Assembly: GCA_019828565.1 (NCBI GenBank)
Contig: JAHDYR010000062.1
Span: 421,666-485,665 of the forward strand
Reading direction: 5' to 3'
DNA length: 64,000 nucleotides
Source of the DNA: Carpediemonas membranifera BICM
Taxonomy: Eukaryota > Protista > Fornicata
The notes below the pieces were generated by a model. It did not search any database. It saw only the letters and a program-made list of their open reading frames with translations, and was not told where the DNA came from. The position numbers and the translations under genes are program-made. Shown here piece by piece: positions 20,361 to 32,200 of this stretch (within the stretch, counting starts at the first letter, position 1; each line of letters begins with the position of its first letter).

Positions 20361-20487
20361 GTCGGCGGGCAACAGTGCGCGCCGGATGAACGAAGCTCAA
20401 GCCTGCCATTTCGTCAAAAGGGCGGCAAAGGTTGCGCACAGCTCATTATCGCGTTATCCGAAGCGTTTATTCCTCGCGCTAACATGC

Positions 20488-20895
20488 TCAAACGAAAAGC
20501 TTGTCGATCTCGTTTCTGATCGTCTCAACCTGGCTGGCAAGCTGCGAGCCCTCGATGTTGAGGATGGCAACGGAGACCATGGGTCTGGTGACGCCAGCGG
20601 CGCGGCCAAGGACGTTGCGGGAAGGGACGAAAACGTAGGGAGTGTTCTTGTCCTCGCAGAGAAGGGGGAGGTGGAGAACGATCTCGAGGGGTTCAGCATC
20701 GGCGGCAAGGATGACGAAAGCGGCCTTGTTCTTGTTGAGAGCCTTGGTAGCTGCGTAAAACAGGGGAATGGGGAACAAACACTCGTTAGCGCCTCTCTTG
20801 ATCTGGTTCAGGTTGGAAGCCTGGGAAACGAGATCAATGATCTGCTTGCTGAGCTGCTCAGAAGCGAGAGGGTATGCTTTAGGGTTAGTGGACAT
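20488..20895 (-). CDS. SNU13: Snu13/15.5K (L7Ae family), join(20781..20895,20488..20750)
   Basis: NPKAYPLA, QIKRGANE-[30-nt intron GTTTG...CAG]-STKALN, LAADAEPLEIVLHLPLLCEDKN.PYVFV.S. Confidence 0.95.
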   Translation of the reverse strand: MSTNPKAYPLASEQLSKQIIDLVSQASNLNQIKRGANECLFPIPLFYAATKALNKNKAAFVILAADAEPLEIVLHLPLLCEDKNTPYVFVPSRNVLGRAAGVTRPMVSVAILNIEGSQLASQVETIRNEIDKLFV

Positions 20896-21705
20896 CAGAC
20901 GCAACTGTCGAGGTTTCTCTAAGCTCTCGGAAGTGCAGATTATGGCTCATTCTAATGTGGTATTTAGAGGGTTTATGTGGAGGATTCATGTAAAGGTGAC
21001 TTAAGCTGTCGACCCCCCTGGGATGAACTCCAGAGGACTGAACAGGTTCAGTCTGACGGCCCACCTGTCGTACACCAGAAGGGTAGCGGACATGAGGGCG
21101 TCGGCGATGGTAAGAGCGACGGTTCTGGGCGGGATCTTGGTTCTCGCTCCAGCAGAAACTAGGAATGCGGCAGCTTTGGACGCGCACATTGGGATGTTGG
21201 AGCCATCCGGCCGCGGATTGATCACAGTTGGTTTGACACGGTTCAGACTCAACAATTCTAATCCTGCGCAGCACATCTAACGGACTGACGGTACCAACTT
21301 GTAGCGCGGTCTAGTGCACGGATTACCATGATTTGCATACGAAGTATCGACTGGTCTCAAAGATGAAATTGCCCGCTGGGAGCGACCTAATTGTGAGAGT
21401 TGGGAATGATCAACACCGCAGCCCGTGAGTGGAGAGCACCGTGTACCCGACTTCGGTGGGGAGAAAGCTGGGCAAAACTGCCCCACAACCCAAGATCTTG
21501 AGAGAACAAAGCACCAGAAAAGATGACCGATAGCTATCGGCAAGCGATGCTGAGGCTGCAGACCTCTCACAGGGAGGCTGCGCTGTATCCTAGCATCAGC
21601 AGCCTGTTCAGTGGTGACAAAACTGTCCACAACGCCCCCCAGTACCATCCCGCTCTCCCCCAGGGCTTCAGGTCCCTAGATGGCCACCAAACCTTGGCTA
21701 CCAGA

Positions 21706-22677
21706 ATGTCTATCAATGTGATCAAGGGCCTTGCTACTTCTAAAGACACTATTCAGGGCACTCAGCAGTACGCCAAAGAATACCTCGAGAACAAGGGCCT
21801 CACCGCCGCCGCCCTGAACAAGATCGCTGGTGAGCACAAAGTAGCTGCATTCGTGGTGATCTTCTGGCTTGTGACCATTGTGAAGTTCGTCCTTGAGAAG
21901 ATCCGCCTCTTCTTCCGGCTCACATGGTGGTTTGTCCGCGGTCCCCTCCGTCTGGCACTCAAGCTCCTTGGCGTAGCTGCCAAGGTCGGCTGGCTCGGCT
22001 TCACCCTTGTGCTGGTGGCCGTGGCGGTCTGCTGGGTCAAGTATTTCATCGACAAGAAGCGCCGCAGAATACTCTCGAAGCCAGAGACCGATAACGTCGC
22101 CAGCATTGATCCCCTCGGTAACATCCCGTTCGGTGCCGCTGTCAAGCGCCTCCACATGCTCTTCGACCGACCTGACGCGGACTACGCCGTCCTCTTTGGT
22201 GACATCACCCGCCCCGCCGACGACAACGACGAAGAAGAAGAAGAAGTACAGCAGGATGAGACCTCCAAGTCTGCCAAGCCCGAGGCCGCCGACTCCGAGG
22301 CCGCCGACTTACCTGACCCCGCTGACTCGACCGAGTCGGAGATTCAGATCCCATCCAACTTTGTCACATGGGCTCTCCACATGTCACGATTCATCCTTAC
22401 CTCTGTGGTCGACGTCGAGTTCCAGATTCTCGCCCTTTCCGTCCGCGTAGTCTTTATCACTGTCTATCTCAAGTCGTATCTAATGATTCACCGTCCTGCG
22501 GTCATATTGGGAGCTCTCGTAGGTCTGGCTGCACTTCGTTGGGTTGAGTGGCTTCGTCCCATGGCCTGGCTGCTTCTGCGGACGTCCTTTACCCTGGGTC
22601 ATGTTGTCGGGTTCGGTGTCCTTGGCTGGACGGGCTTTGTGCTCATCCGCTGGCACGTTGTCAAGTGGTTCATGTGA
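21706..22677 (+). CDS. Hypothetical multi-pass membrane protein
   Basis: ORF with several hydrophobic segments either side of an acidic loop; alternative start at 21523. Confidence 0.7.
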   Translation: MSINVIKGLATSKDTIQGTQQYAKEYLENKGLTAAALNKIAGEHKVAAFVVIFWLVTIVKFVLEKIRLFFRLTWWFVRGPLRLALKLLGVAAKVGWLGFTLVLVAVAVCWVKYFIDKKRRRILSKPETDNVASIDPLGNIPFGAAVKRLHMLFDRPDADYAVLFGDITRPADDNDEEEEEVQQDETSKSAKPEAADSEAADLPDPADSTESEIQIPSNFVTWALHMSRFILTSVVDVEFQILALSVRVVFITVYLKSYLMIHRPAVILGALVGLAALRWVEWLRPMAWLLLRTSFTLGHVVGFGVLGWTGFVLIRWHVVKWFM

Positions 22678-22848
22678 GTGTAAAGAAATATTAACCATAA
22701 GTTAAAGTCGACCAATCACATCATGGCGATGTGAGGAGGGTTCCGTTTAGAGGGGCCCTGGACGGGTGCCGGCGACAGGAATTCAGTGAGTTCATCTGTG
22801 TCTCTGCCTCACTTCATACCCAGTGAGTCTGAAAACGGCGGCTTTTAT

Positions 22849-24601
22849 TCAGATGCCCGTCTCGTCCGGCGTCCACGGGTCGACAGGTATTATCTCCTGC
22901 ATATCTAAAGTTGACAGCGGCTTGATCTTGGCCACAGATACTTTCCCATAGCGACGTGACACCCAAAACCACTGTCCGGACGGGTCGCGATAGTAGTCAT
23001 CACGGATGTGATTACTGCCTGCATTCGCTTCAAATGTCATGATGAACGGTTCACCGCGATACTTACAAAGATGGGTCTGGCCCTCGGTGACCCAGGTCAG
23101 GCCCGAGCCGTTGGGTGTGAAGAATCCTTTGACCCTCTGTGGGAACCGGAGCGCTATTGCTTTGAGACACATGCCTTGCTCGCGGCATCCTGGCAGCAGG
23201 CCCGACTGGACGATAAGATTGGGAACTCGCCCAGCGAAGAGCAGCTGGCGGCCACTGAGGAAGAGGTTGCAGTCACGATAAGGGGCCATGATCCGGTCGA
23301 CCCTGAAGGGCAGGTCGACGAAGCCAGTCATCCGATTCTTGTGCCCGAGTCCCAGCTCGCCATGAGCATTGTTCCCGCCGATCATCCGCCGATCGCCCAT
23401 GGTGAGGATGACAGTGTCGTTGTCTGTATGCATGATGTGATCTGGGACAAAGCCAGCGGGCACGGCGACTGGGTGGAAGCGGTAATCGTCTATCTCGACT
23501 GGGCCGACATACCAAGTCGCATTCCAGCCCGCCATGACAGTGCCGTCTGGGGTGAGTATAAATGCCCGTCTGTGTTCCAGTGACACATCTGTCGCCATCC
23601 TGTGCTTCTCCCAGGGGGGCAGGCTGGTCTCGAGCTCGGCGACCAGGCATGCGGGGAAGGTGAGGCGGGTCGGGTCGAGGAACTCGAAAAGGGAAGAAGA
23701 TGACCCGAACCCCAGCTGACAATAGTTATTATCCCCCCAGCCCCTTGGGCGTCCTGGCGATGTGGGTAATATTGCTGCTGTAGACCTCGAGGGCTCTGGG
23801 AATCCTGGCCCTGGTGAAGGCGAAAATGGACTCGCTCTCGTCATCGCTGATAAAGATATTGCCAGTGATAATTTCAGGGCCATGTCCTGCATAGTCGATG
23901 ATGTCGAGCATGAAGAGTCGGCCCATGTACATGCGGTGATAATAGCATTCTGATTGATTTTCCATGAGAAGAAGAACTTGCGGCAGAGGAACCAGAGGCA
24001 CTTGGCCTCGGCGGTGAAGATCTCTCTGTCGATCTCTCTGTTAAGCCTGTGCTTGAGGTCAGGGTTGGCCCCGCCACCCAGCAGACACGCCCACACCGCG
24101 CCCTGGTTGAGCGTGTGCAGGGCGACCGGGAGCTCCTGTCCCGGTGCGAGTTCGACGTTCATGGACAGCGGGGGGCCGTGCGAGAGAAACGTGACTATCC
24201 TGTTGACAAAGCTGATGGCGATGGTGGAGGTCGAGGGCCAAGAGCGTTCTAACGGTCTCCTCGGAAGTGGCCTGCCTGGCATCGCTGTCTTCGTCCGGGA
24301 ACTCCTCGCCGAACTCGCGGGTGAAGGCCTCTCGCATGAGAGTGGGAATGTCACCAGGCAAATCATCGTAGTCGCTCGAGACAAGGGAATTCAAGCTAAT
24401 CATTGCACCAAGCTGGACGTCTCTGTGGCTCTTGGGCGCTAAAGAGCGCATGGCGGCGAGGCGAGCGCGAGAAGCGTCCATCCATGCGAGGCGGGCATCT
24501 ATCTCCTCGTCGGTAAGCACCATGCCGTTCAGCTTAGCAATCTCAGTATCGACATTGTTAATGCAGGCGTCCAGCCGCTGAAAGGCGTCCTGAACAGCCA
24601 T
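22849..24601 (-). pseudogene. Lineage-expanded RCC1/BLIP-II-like repeat family gene, frameshifted
   Basis: RCC1-like motifs GWGDNNYCQLG, MAGWN and GGNNAHGELGLG spread over several frames. A paralogous N-terminal fragment lies at 42428..43005. Frameshifts may be assembly errors. Confidence 0.65.
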
Positions 24602-24744
24602 CGTCTTCGAGAATGACTCGACTGACTTGGACCTCTGTGTCAACGCCTCAGCAGGCGCGGGTGACCGCTCCTACTAATATCCCCCCTCCCGCTGACACCG
24701 CGGTCGCCCCAGACCGTGGACCCGAGTCAGTGGTTGATGTATCG

Positions 24745-24825
24745 TCTCCTCCTCCCGGTGACACAGTGGTGTCGCTCTGGCTGTGGACTTGAGTCAGTGT
24801 CTGACGTGTCGGCGTACGTGCTTCG
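24745..24825 (+). repeat. ~81-bp direct repeat, copy 1 (copy 2 at 26675..26756), flanking the REase-kinase gene
   Basis: Shared ...ggtgacacagtg...ggctgtggac.tgagtcagtgtctgacgtgtcggcgtacgtgcttcg. Confidence 0.9.
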
Positions 24826-24971
24826 ATCGATTCAGATTCGGCCGAGATTGTGGTGGATGTCTCTAGGCACCCAACAAGTTCCAAACAGTTGTTTATTTCG
24901 CTGTCGACTTGCGCGAGTCACTTTTTTTCCATCCATCATTTTGGGCACAACTCCACACCACACACAAGAAC

Positions 24972-26642
24972 ATGGAAAGAAGCAGCGGGGTCTCCACGCA
25001 GCAACCTTCGGGTGCGGCAGGTCCGGGGATCATTTGGGACTCACAAGGATCTGTTACTAAGGTCATGTTCAGCTCACAAGACAAGGACTCTTGTAGTTTC
25101 GCCCAGGAGACGCAGTTTTCCAAGCATTTGCAAGAGGCAGTGAAAGACAAGTTTCGGCACGATGGGGATGATGTTAAGGCGAAGGTGTTTGTCCTCGGCC
25201 AGAAGGAGATGCAGAACTTCATTCGGTCAGGCATGCCTGTTCTGACTGAGCGGTCAGATTCGATGTTCTGTAGCAACAGCTTCGACACAATCGGCAAGGT
25301 CCTGAAGGTTGGAACTTTGTTCGCCACAGCCAACTCCAAGGCAGACGTCGTGGTTGCTGTCGAGCTGCCAAAGCTCAGGTTTGGATACTTTGTTCATCTA
25401 TGCGAGCTTAAGGTGTCAAAGTCTTCCAATACAAATCCCGATAGAAATGCTTGCTTCCAGGCGGCGCTCTATACGGCACACCTGACAGAGTGCACCCTCC
25501 GCGCTGTCCATTCACAATTCCCCGAGAAGGCAGCTGACAGCAAGTTCCCGCCCGCATTGCTCAGCAATTCAACTGTTTGCGTTTGCCACCCCGACTATGC
25601 AATCACGTTCGACATGGAAGCCGTGACCGACCTCGGTGTCTTCGCCATCCCAAGCAGCGAGATTCGAGATAACGTTCATAGAATCCGTCGAGATGTCTCA
25701 GATTCGACCGCCATGCTGGATGAGCTATTCCCTGCGGTCGTTTGCAACGCGAAAGCTTTGGCTACGGAATTGAGCGCCAATACGCCTTCCACACCTTGGA
25801 CTCGCTTTTTCCCAGAGATCCTGCACAGTTTCGTCCACGCCGAGAACCCCGCCGAGAACCCCACCGAGGAGTTCGTTATGACGTCCAACTCATTCATCTA
25901 CATCGCCAACGAGTCAGTCTGGAAAATCGATCGCGCACATTTTTGCCCCGGCGCCATGCCCCACCTTGCTCGTAACCAACGCCTCGGTGTTGCAGCTCTG
26001 ACCGCGGTGGCCGGTTTCGTGGGCAAGTTCTCGTATGAGCTGTTCTTCGTCGTACGTAGGGATGGCAGGTTATCAGCATGTCATCCACCGGATTTCGATT
26101 CCATAGTTCACAGTCACGTTTGTCTCAAGCAACCCAACTTGTCTAAGGAATACCTGATCGGCCCCGCTGCCGCGCTCAGGCTGAAAGAGCTTTTGAAGCA
26201 GCCCAAGAGAGTGCGAGAGTTCATGGAGTGCATGCGAAGCCATCTGTTCAAGGTGTTCGATTTTGATAAGAAGAAATACTGCTTCCTTCACCGTGACGCG
26301 CGGGTTCCCAACATCGCCGTGAGGAAGGACTTGGCGGACACTTCCAAGCCAATGTTCCTCGTGTTTGACTGGGACTTTGCATGGGTCGAGCAGCTCGATG
26401 AGATGAAGGAATCGTTGATCTCGGACATAATGGCGGAAAACCCCTGTCATACTTTCTTGATTTGCTCTCTATTCGGCCAGTTCAAGCAGCTGAAAGATTC
26501 ATTAGACCACCATGGGATCGTGATCCATGAGTTGAACACACTTGTTACCGACCTTGGCAAGTCCAAAGACAAGCGGGAACATTTTTTTAATACCCTGTGT
26601 GGACCGCCGAGTTCCTCTGACAAGCGTTGCCGAGATGAGTGA
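24972..26642 (+). CDS. PD-(D/E)xK nuclease-like + protein-kinase-like fusion (Crinkler/CR-effector-type architecture)
   Basis: KADVVV...LCELKV...CFQAALY (REase-fold D..ExK..Q..Y) and FLHRDARVPNI...LVFDWDFA (kinase catalytic loop and DFG equivalent). Confidence 0.7.
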   Translation: MERSSGVSTQQPSGAAGPGIIWDSQGSVTKVMFSSQDKDSCSFAQETQFSKHLQEAVKDKFRHDGDDVKAKVFVLGQKEMQNFIRSGMPVLTERSDSMFCSNSFDTIGKVLKVGTLFATANSKADVVVAVELPKLRFGYFVHLCELKVSKSSNTNPDRNACFQAALYTAHLTECTLRAVHSQFPEKAADSKFPPALLSNSTVCVCHPDYAITFDMEAVTDLGVFAIPSSEIRDNVHRIRRDVSDSTAMLDELFPAVVCNAKALATELSANTPSTPWTRFFPEILHSFVHAENPAENPTEEFVMTSNSFIYIANESVWKIDRAHFCPGAMPHLARNQRLGVAALTAVAGFVGKFSYELFFVVRRDGRLSACHPPDFDSIVHSHVCLKQPNLSKEYLIGPAAALRLKELLKQPKRVREFMECMRSHLFKVFDFDKKKYCFLHRDARVPNIAVRKDLADTSKPMFLVFDWDFAWVEQLDEMKESLISDIMAENPCHTFLICSLFGQFKQLKDSLDHHGIVIHELNTLVTDLGKSKDKREHFFNTLCGPPSSSDKRCRDE

Positions 26643-26674
26643 TGTAAAAGATATCGTCAAATTTATACGTCTAA

Positions 26675-26877
26675 TCTCCTCCCCCTCGGTGACACAGTGA
26701 TGTCGTTCAGGCTGTGGACCTGAGTCAGTGTCTGACGTGTCGGCGTACGTGCTTCGTTACGTGTTCAGATGTGGTCAGTTAGCCCGTTGCTCGGGTGGTT
26801 AACAAGGGTGAGTGAATAAAAGTGTGTTGAGGAAGTACGATCACGTGCTCGAGAACACCTCCCCCAACATTACCCTT
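26675..26877 (-). repeat. Inverted, partly diverged copy of the sequence at 43254..~43455; includes direct-repeat copy 2
   Basis: Reverse complement reads aagggtaatgttgggggaggtgttctcgagcacgtgatcg...cacccgagcaac, matching 43254 onward. Confidence 0.9.
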
Positions 26878-27901
26878 GCCACAAAGTTGGGCGCGTCATC
26901 CTTCGCCGTTGATAGAGAAGGGAAGGGTAGACCGCTGTCACCCTCGTCGGCACCGGCCAACAGAGCGAGCTGCCAGCGCGACCAGGCCGCCGGATTCATT
27001 TGCGGAGATCATCTCTCTGACACCCGACCAGCCTTCAGCCCAGGAGCTGACGCACGTTTATGGCTCCCTGCAATGCGCAAGTCAGAAGTGTTACCAGCAA
27101 CATCACCTTATCCATCCAATATCACATTTATCTTAAACCAGCCAGGCCCCAAGCATGCCGGCCTTCTTCTCAATCGCCACAAAGTTGGGCGCGTCATCCT
27201 TCGCCGTTGATAGAGAAGGGAAGGGTAGACCGCTGTCACCCTCGTCGGCACCGGCCAACAGAGCGAGCTGCCAGCGCGACCAGGCCGCCGGATTCATTTG
27301 CGGAGATCATCTCTCTGACACCCGACCAGCCTTCAGCCCAGGAGCTGACGCACGTTTATGGCTCCCTGCAATGCGCAAGTCAGAAGTGTTACCAGCAACA
27401 TCACCTTATCCATCCAATATCACATTTATCTTAAACCAGCCAGGCCCCAAGCATGCCGGCCTTCTTCTCAATCGCCACAAAGTTGGGCGCGTCATCCTTC
27501 GCCGTTGATAGAGAAGGGAAGGGTAGACCGCTGTCACCCTCGTCGGCACCGGCCAACAGAGCGAGCTGCCAGCGCGACCAGGCCGCCGGATTCATTTGCG
27601 GAGATCATCTCTCTGACACCCGACCAGCCTTCAGCCCAGGAGCTGACGCACGTTTATGGCTCCCTGCAATGCGCAAGTCAGAAGTGTTACCAGCAACATC
27701 ACCTTATCCATCCAATATCACATTTATCTTAAACCAGCCAGGCCCCAAGCATGCCGGCCTTCTTCTCAATCGCCACAAAGTTGGGCGCGTCATCCTTCGC
27801 CGTTGATAGAGAAGGGAAGGGTAGACCGCTGTCACCCTCGTCGGCACCGGCCAACAGAGCGAGCTGCCAGCGCGACCAGGCCGCCGGATTCATTTGCGGA
27901 G
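26878..27901. repeat. 298-bp tandem satellite, block 1 (~3.4 units)
   Basis: Apparently identical units; ORF-track entries recur at 27060/27358/27656 (period 298). Confidence 0.97.
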
Positions 27902-28377
27902 TCAGTTCACCAATGATTTCAGCAAAGTGGAAACACTTCGATCATGGATGGACAAGGACCAACAGGCCTGGCCTATATGGATAGGGCAGTGCCCCATGGA
28001 GCTCAGAAGGAGCGGCCTTGGCCTCCTGTCTGAACATTCAAGGGTTGCTATCAGGGCATACCGCTGGGCGCGAGTGGGAGCTCCACGCCCATACCAAGGA
28101 ATCAAAGTGTCTTCATGGAACGTATGTTTACAAGGAAAAGGAAAACAACCGTCGAGGGCCAGTGCTAGCACCGGCGGCTACATGGTTTTGTCAAGACCAC
28201 AAGGAAGGAAGGGCAGCACAAAAAGGGAAACAGGGGCCGTCGATAGGGGCTAAAAGGAGACTACGAACAAAGCAACAACAACTACACAGAAAGGCCCCGC
28301 TACTCAGAAAAGGGCGACGCATTTTTAGGACCGCGCCTTTTTGGAAAGAATGGCCTATATAGTACGGAGCATGGACA

Positions 28378-29157
28378 ATGGGAGAAACTGGAAGGCCTGG
28401 ACGGAGACCTCACCCGGATATGTACATGTGGCCCGACTTTCGGACCCAAAAATTCCGACCCAGTTTATGGACTAGGAAAAGGGGAGAAATTTTGCACTCA
28501 ACAATGCAGGTAGAAATACCGACAAGGATCAGGGATTCCACGCAGAAGCAGTGGGAGGACATCAGGGAACTACTGGACAGCTTCCTCGCTGAAAGGAACG
28601 ATTCAAGGACCCTACTTCTTCGTAGAACAGGCAAGTTTACAGGAAAGTCGCTCAATGCGAACTCCAAAGGACGCAAGGAAGTAATCATGAACGCCAGACG
28701 CATCCTCTTCGCAACCGGCGTCACTGACAACAAGGACATCATCCTCAGGAACCCATGCGGCATCCACGGCCTCCGCGACCTTTTCTACATGCTCACAGAG
28801 GCGCTCAACCCCAGAGACGAGGAAGCAAAGGACATGGCACAGGCACTGGAGCCCAAGACGCTGAAAGCGGGCTTCACTGGCATGGCAAGATGGCCATCTG
28901 AGAAGGACATCGAGACGGCGATCCTCAAGCCGAAGGAAGATGGGCCCATCGAATGGGATGTAGACAGGGACAGCGTCAAGAAGGCCGAAGGGTCGTTCAT
29001 ACTGGTATCAGGGGCTCATGGAGACGAGGCCGTAGAAGGCGTGCCTTACGACAAGGTATGGGATCCGGCAAACCAAGGCCCGGTCACCAGAGTGGCCTAC
29101 GAGCAAGAGGACGGCAAGTACAGGGTCATCCTAGAGCTAAGCGACACGTCAGCATGG
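28378..29157 (+). CDS. ORF1 of the LINE-like element, 5' part (interrupted by Gypsy; continues in frame at 34084)
   Basis: Removing 29158..34083 joins ...DTSAW to SISRFMEE... in frame. Confidence 0.75.
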
Positions 29158-29223
29158 TGTGCCCTTAACCTGCGGAATTCGTAAAACAGTCTTTATCATA
29201 TTTCTGGGCCCTAGCACGGCACA
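29158..29223 (+). repeat. 5' LTR (66 bp)
   Basis: tgtgcc...ggcaca terminal inverted repeat; identical to 34014..34079. Confidence 0.95.
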
Positions 29224-29244
29224 GTATCGATACTGCCGATTCAA

Positions 29245-32200
29245 ATGAAGACTCTTACAATTGACACCCCGTTCGCCGTCGAGAGAGCACTCCAGGAGTA
29301 CCTCTCGGCGATGCCCCACGAGAAGAATCCAATTTCGTTCTTTAGGGCATTGTCCCCCGAGACAACAGAAAAACTTCGCGCCCAGTGGCGCCCAACCACT
29401 CTTTTTGACACTTTCGAGGACCTACAACGAACCGTTCTGTCCGATTCCGATGCTCGCCGCGCGGCGAACACAAGCTCTGCCAGTACTGCGGCACGAGCCC
29501 GTACAACGAAGACCGACAACCTCACCGCCATCTGGGTAGAGGAGGTACAGAAGACCATAAGAAAAGCCACGTTCGCCGCCTGTAGCGAGTGTGCAGCTAA
29601 GCACAAGGACCCCACCCTGACAGCAATGACCCGGGAGTGCCTTGAAGCTCAACATCCCCAGATACTGACTGACTGCGGCAAGAAGGCCTGCGACTTCTTC
29701 ACCCAGCTGACCGACGACCACGACATCGCAAACGTCGAGACAGTCGCACGGCCTGGCAACCTGACCGGCCCGGACGGCGAAGACGTCTCGGTGGCGTTCG
29801 TGTACATGCCCCCAGTGCCCGAGGAGACCAAGCCCGCCCCCTCCTCGGCGGCTTGGCCAGTCTTCGATGGCGGGGACGTCTACGCTTTCCTCGCCAAGGA
29901 GGCGACCTCCATCGCCCCCTACCTCGCATATACCCTCTTGACTAGTACGGACCCGGGCGCAAGAGCCAAGCTCCTCAAGGCAAAGCTCGACAACATCACG
30001 CTATACGGTCCGGAGCCCCGGCACCGAACGGCCGTCGAGAAGGCACGTAAGCTCATAAGCGCCCTCAACCCAGACATCAAGGACGTCCCCACCATCTCCG
30101 CAAAACTGCTCGAGCGGATCATTCGGGACTTCGCCACTAGAGGTTTCTCCAAAGAAGCCGAGGATGTATACGAAGAAGAGATTGAGGACTACTCCGACAA
30201 GATCAGCGAACTTCTCGACAAACTACGCGACTTGGATGTTGATCACGACGAGAACATCATTATCCCATGGCGTGCCTTCAGACTCGCCAGCCCACAAGCC
30301 GACAACAACGAGCAGGCGTCGGGCACTTCAGGCAGGAAGCCGCTCGCTCGCAGGCTCGATGGTCGCGATCCGTTCCAGCAGTTTAGGGACAAGACCAAGT
30401 TCCGCATGCCTCCTTCCCACACGAGATACTGCACACAGCATGGCTGGAACCCGCACCACGAGACGAAGGACTGCAGGTTCCTCATCAGACGGGAGGCTTA
30501 CAAGGCCCAAGAACGACAGCCACAGACCGAGAAGCGTCAGGAACGCAGACCCGAAGAGCGGCAAAAGCAGCCCGGCAACCGCGCACGCCCTGTGGCGCCC
30601 ACCAGTCACCAACAGTCGGATCGCCGGGCCGGCCGCATGGACCTCCGCCCCTCGTCTACCCTGAAGAACCCGCGCCGCGTCGATGAGGTGTTTGACGCGG
30701 ATGAAGCGTCTCATTCGGAGTTGGAGAACGAAGTCTACGAGATCGAGGACATCATACTCGACAAGGACCCGGTGAAGGTCCCGGCTGTTATCAACGGCCA
30801 GCACATGAACGTCAAGTTCGACATCGGCGCTTGCACGTCGGTCATATCAGCCCCTGCCCTCGCAGCGATCCCCGACGTGACCCTGATACCGACCTCAGTC
30901 GAACTTCTCGGCGCTGGGGACGATATCATCTCCACTGGCAAAGCCGCCAAGGTCTCGCTGACCCTCCCCAGTGTCGACGGAAAGACCGTGACCACCACTG
31001 CGTTGCTCATGGTCACGAAGGGCCAGAGGAAGAAGGTCCTCATTGGACGCGATTTGCTCCGCCGCCTCGGCTTCCTGCTGAACGACCGGCTACTAATACC
31101 GTCCGCTGACCCGATCGATGACGACGACGGCCTGGGACAGCACCCCTACCTCGACTCGACAACAGAAGAAGTCGACCCCGAGGAAGAGTGGCGCAAGGTT
31201 AAGCTGCCGACCGAAGAGAACCCGGAGCTGGCTGCCTGGCTGACCGACTTCCTTCGCGAGCGCAAGGCCGTGTTTGGCCCTCTACCTCCGGATGGCAGCA
31301 GGATGCCGCCACACGAGATCGTCGTCGATCCAAGCCGCCCTACACCCAGGGCCCGACCCAGGCCGTTGAAGGGTGATCCGGGAAACTCAGCCCTCGCGGA
31401 GATCGACAAGATGCTCAACCAGGGCGTGATCCGAGAGAGTCAAAGTCCGCACTCTAGCCCGCACGTCATGGCAAAGAAGAAGAGCGGCGAAGACCGCTTC
31501 TGCATCGCTTACAACGTCTTGAACAACGCCACCATCGACGACCTGTACCCCCACGCCGGACATCCGATCGTTTGTACACGAGGCGAGCGGATGCTCCGTG
31601 TTCGCGGCGCTCGACCTGCGCAGCGGATACTGGCAGCAGAACATGGCAACCGATAGCATCCCGCTCACCGCATTCACCGTCCCGGGCGGGCATTACGAGT
31701 TCTTACGTACACCATTCGGGCTGAAGAACGCCCCAGCAAAGTTCCAGCGAGCCATGGACGAGATGCTCGCTGGTATCGACGGTTCGAGAGCCTATATCGA
31801 CGATATCTTTGCGTACGCCCGCTCCATTCAGGATTTCAAGTCGACCCTCACCCAGATCTTCGACCAGTTGGAAGCTTACGATATCAAACTCCGCGCCGAC
31901 AAGTGTGCCATTGGCATGAAGGAGGTTGAAGTCTGTGGGTTTATAGTCAACGAGTCTGGCAGGTCGGTTTCCCCCTCACGTATCGCAGCCATCCAGGACC
32001 TCACACCCCCAACGACGACAACGGAGCTGCGCCGCACGCTAGGCAAGTTCAACTATCTGTCAAACTATATCCCACACCTCGCCCACGCATCAGCCCCGCT
32101 CAACGCCCTCCTAAAGGGATCGCCGCAGAAGTCGGCCCCCCCTCGATTGGACTGCCACTGAGGACGAAGCATTCGCCCGTATGAAGACCCTAGTAGCCGA

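Noticed and set aside
21001-21330. Small spliced gene between SNU13 and the membrane protein
   Set aside because: A model with a ~26-nt intron is possible, but the product has no recognisable motif; unsupported without transcripts.
24762-24768. CACAGTG heptamers (also ~26693 and in the module) as RAG-type recombination signals
   Set aside because: No nonamer at 12/23 spacing, and the transposon ends are CATG, not CACAGTG; consistent with chance.
27140-27165. Minus-strand ggccggcatg matching the start of the HDV ribozyme; retrozyme idea for the satellite
   Set aside because: Only a 10-nt match; no HDV nested pseudoknot or hammerhead CUGAnGA/GAAA core was found.
26878-27901. CRISPR array, or 5S/tRNA/snRNA gene array
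   Set aside because: No unique spacers or cas genes, and no recognisable 5S, tRNA, U1, U2 or U6 motifs by eye. An Rfam scan is still needed to exclude a divergent RNA.
26812-27984. Recurring 117-132 aa ORFs in the satellite
   Set aside because: By-products of the tandem unit cycling through frames; no protein motifs.
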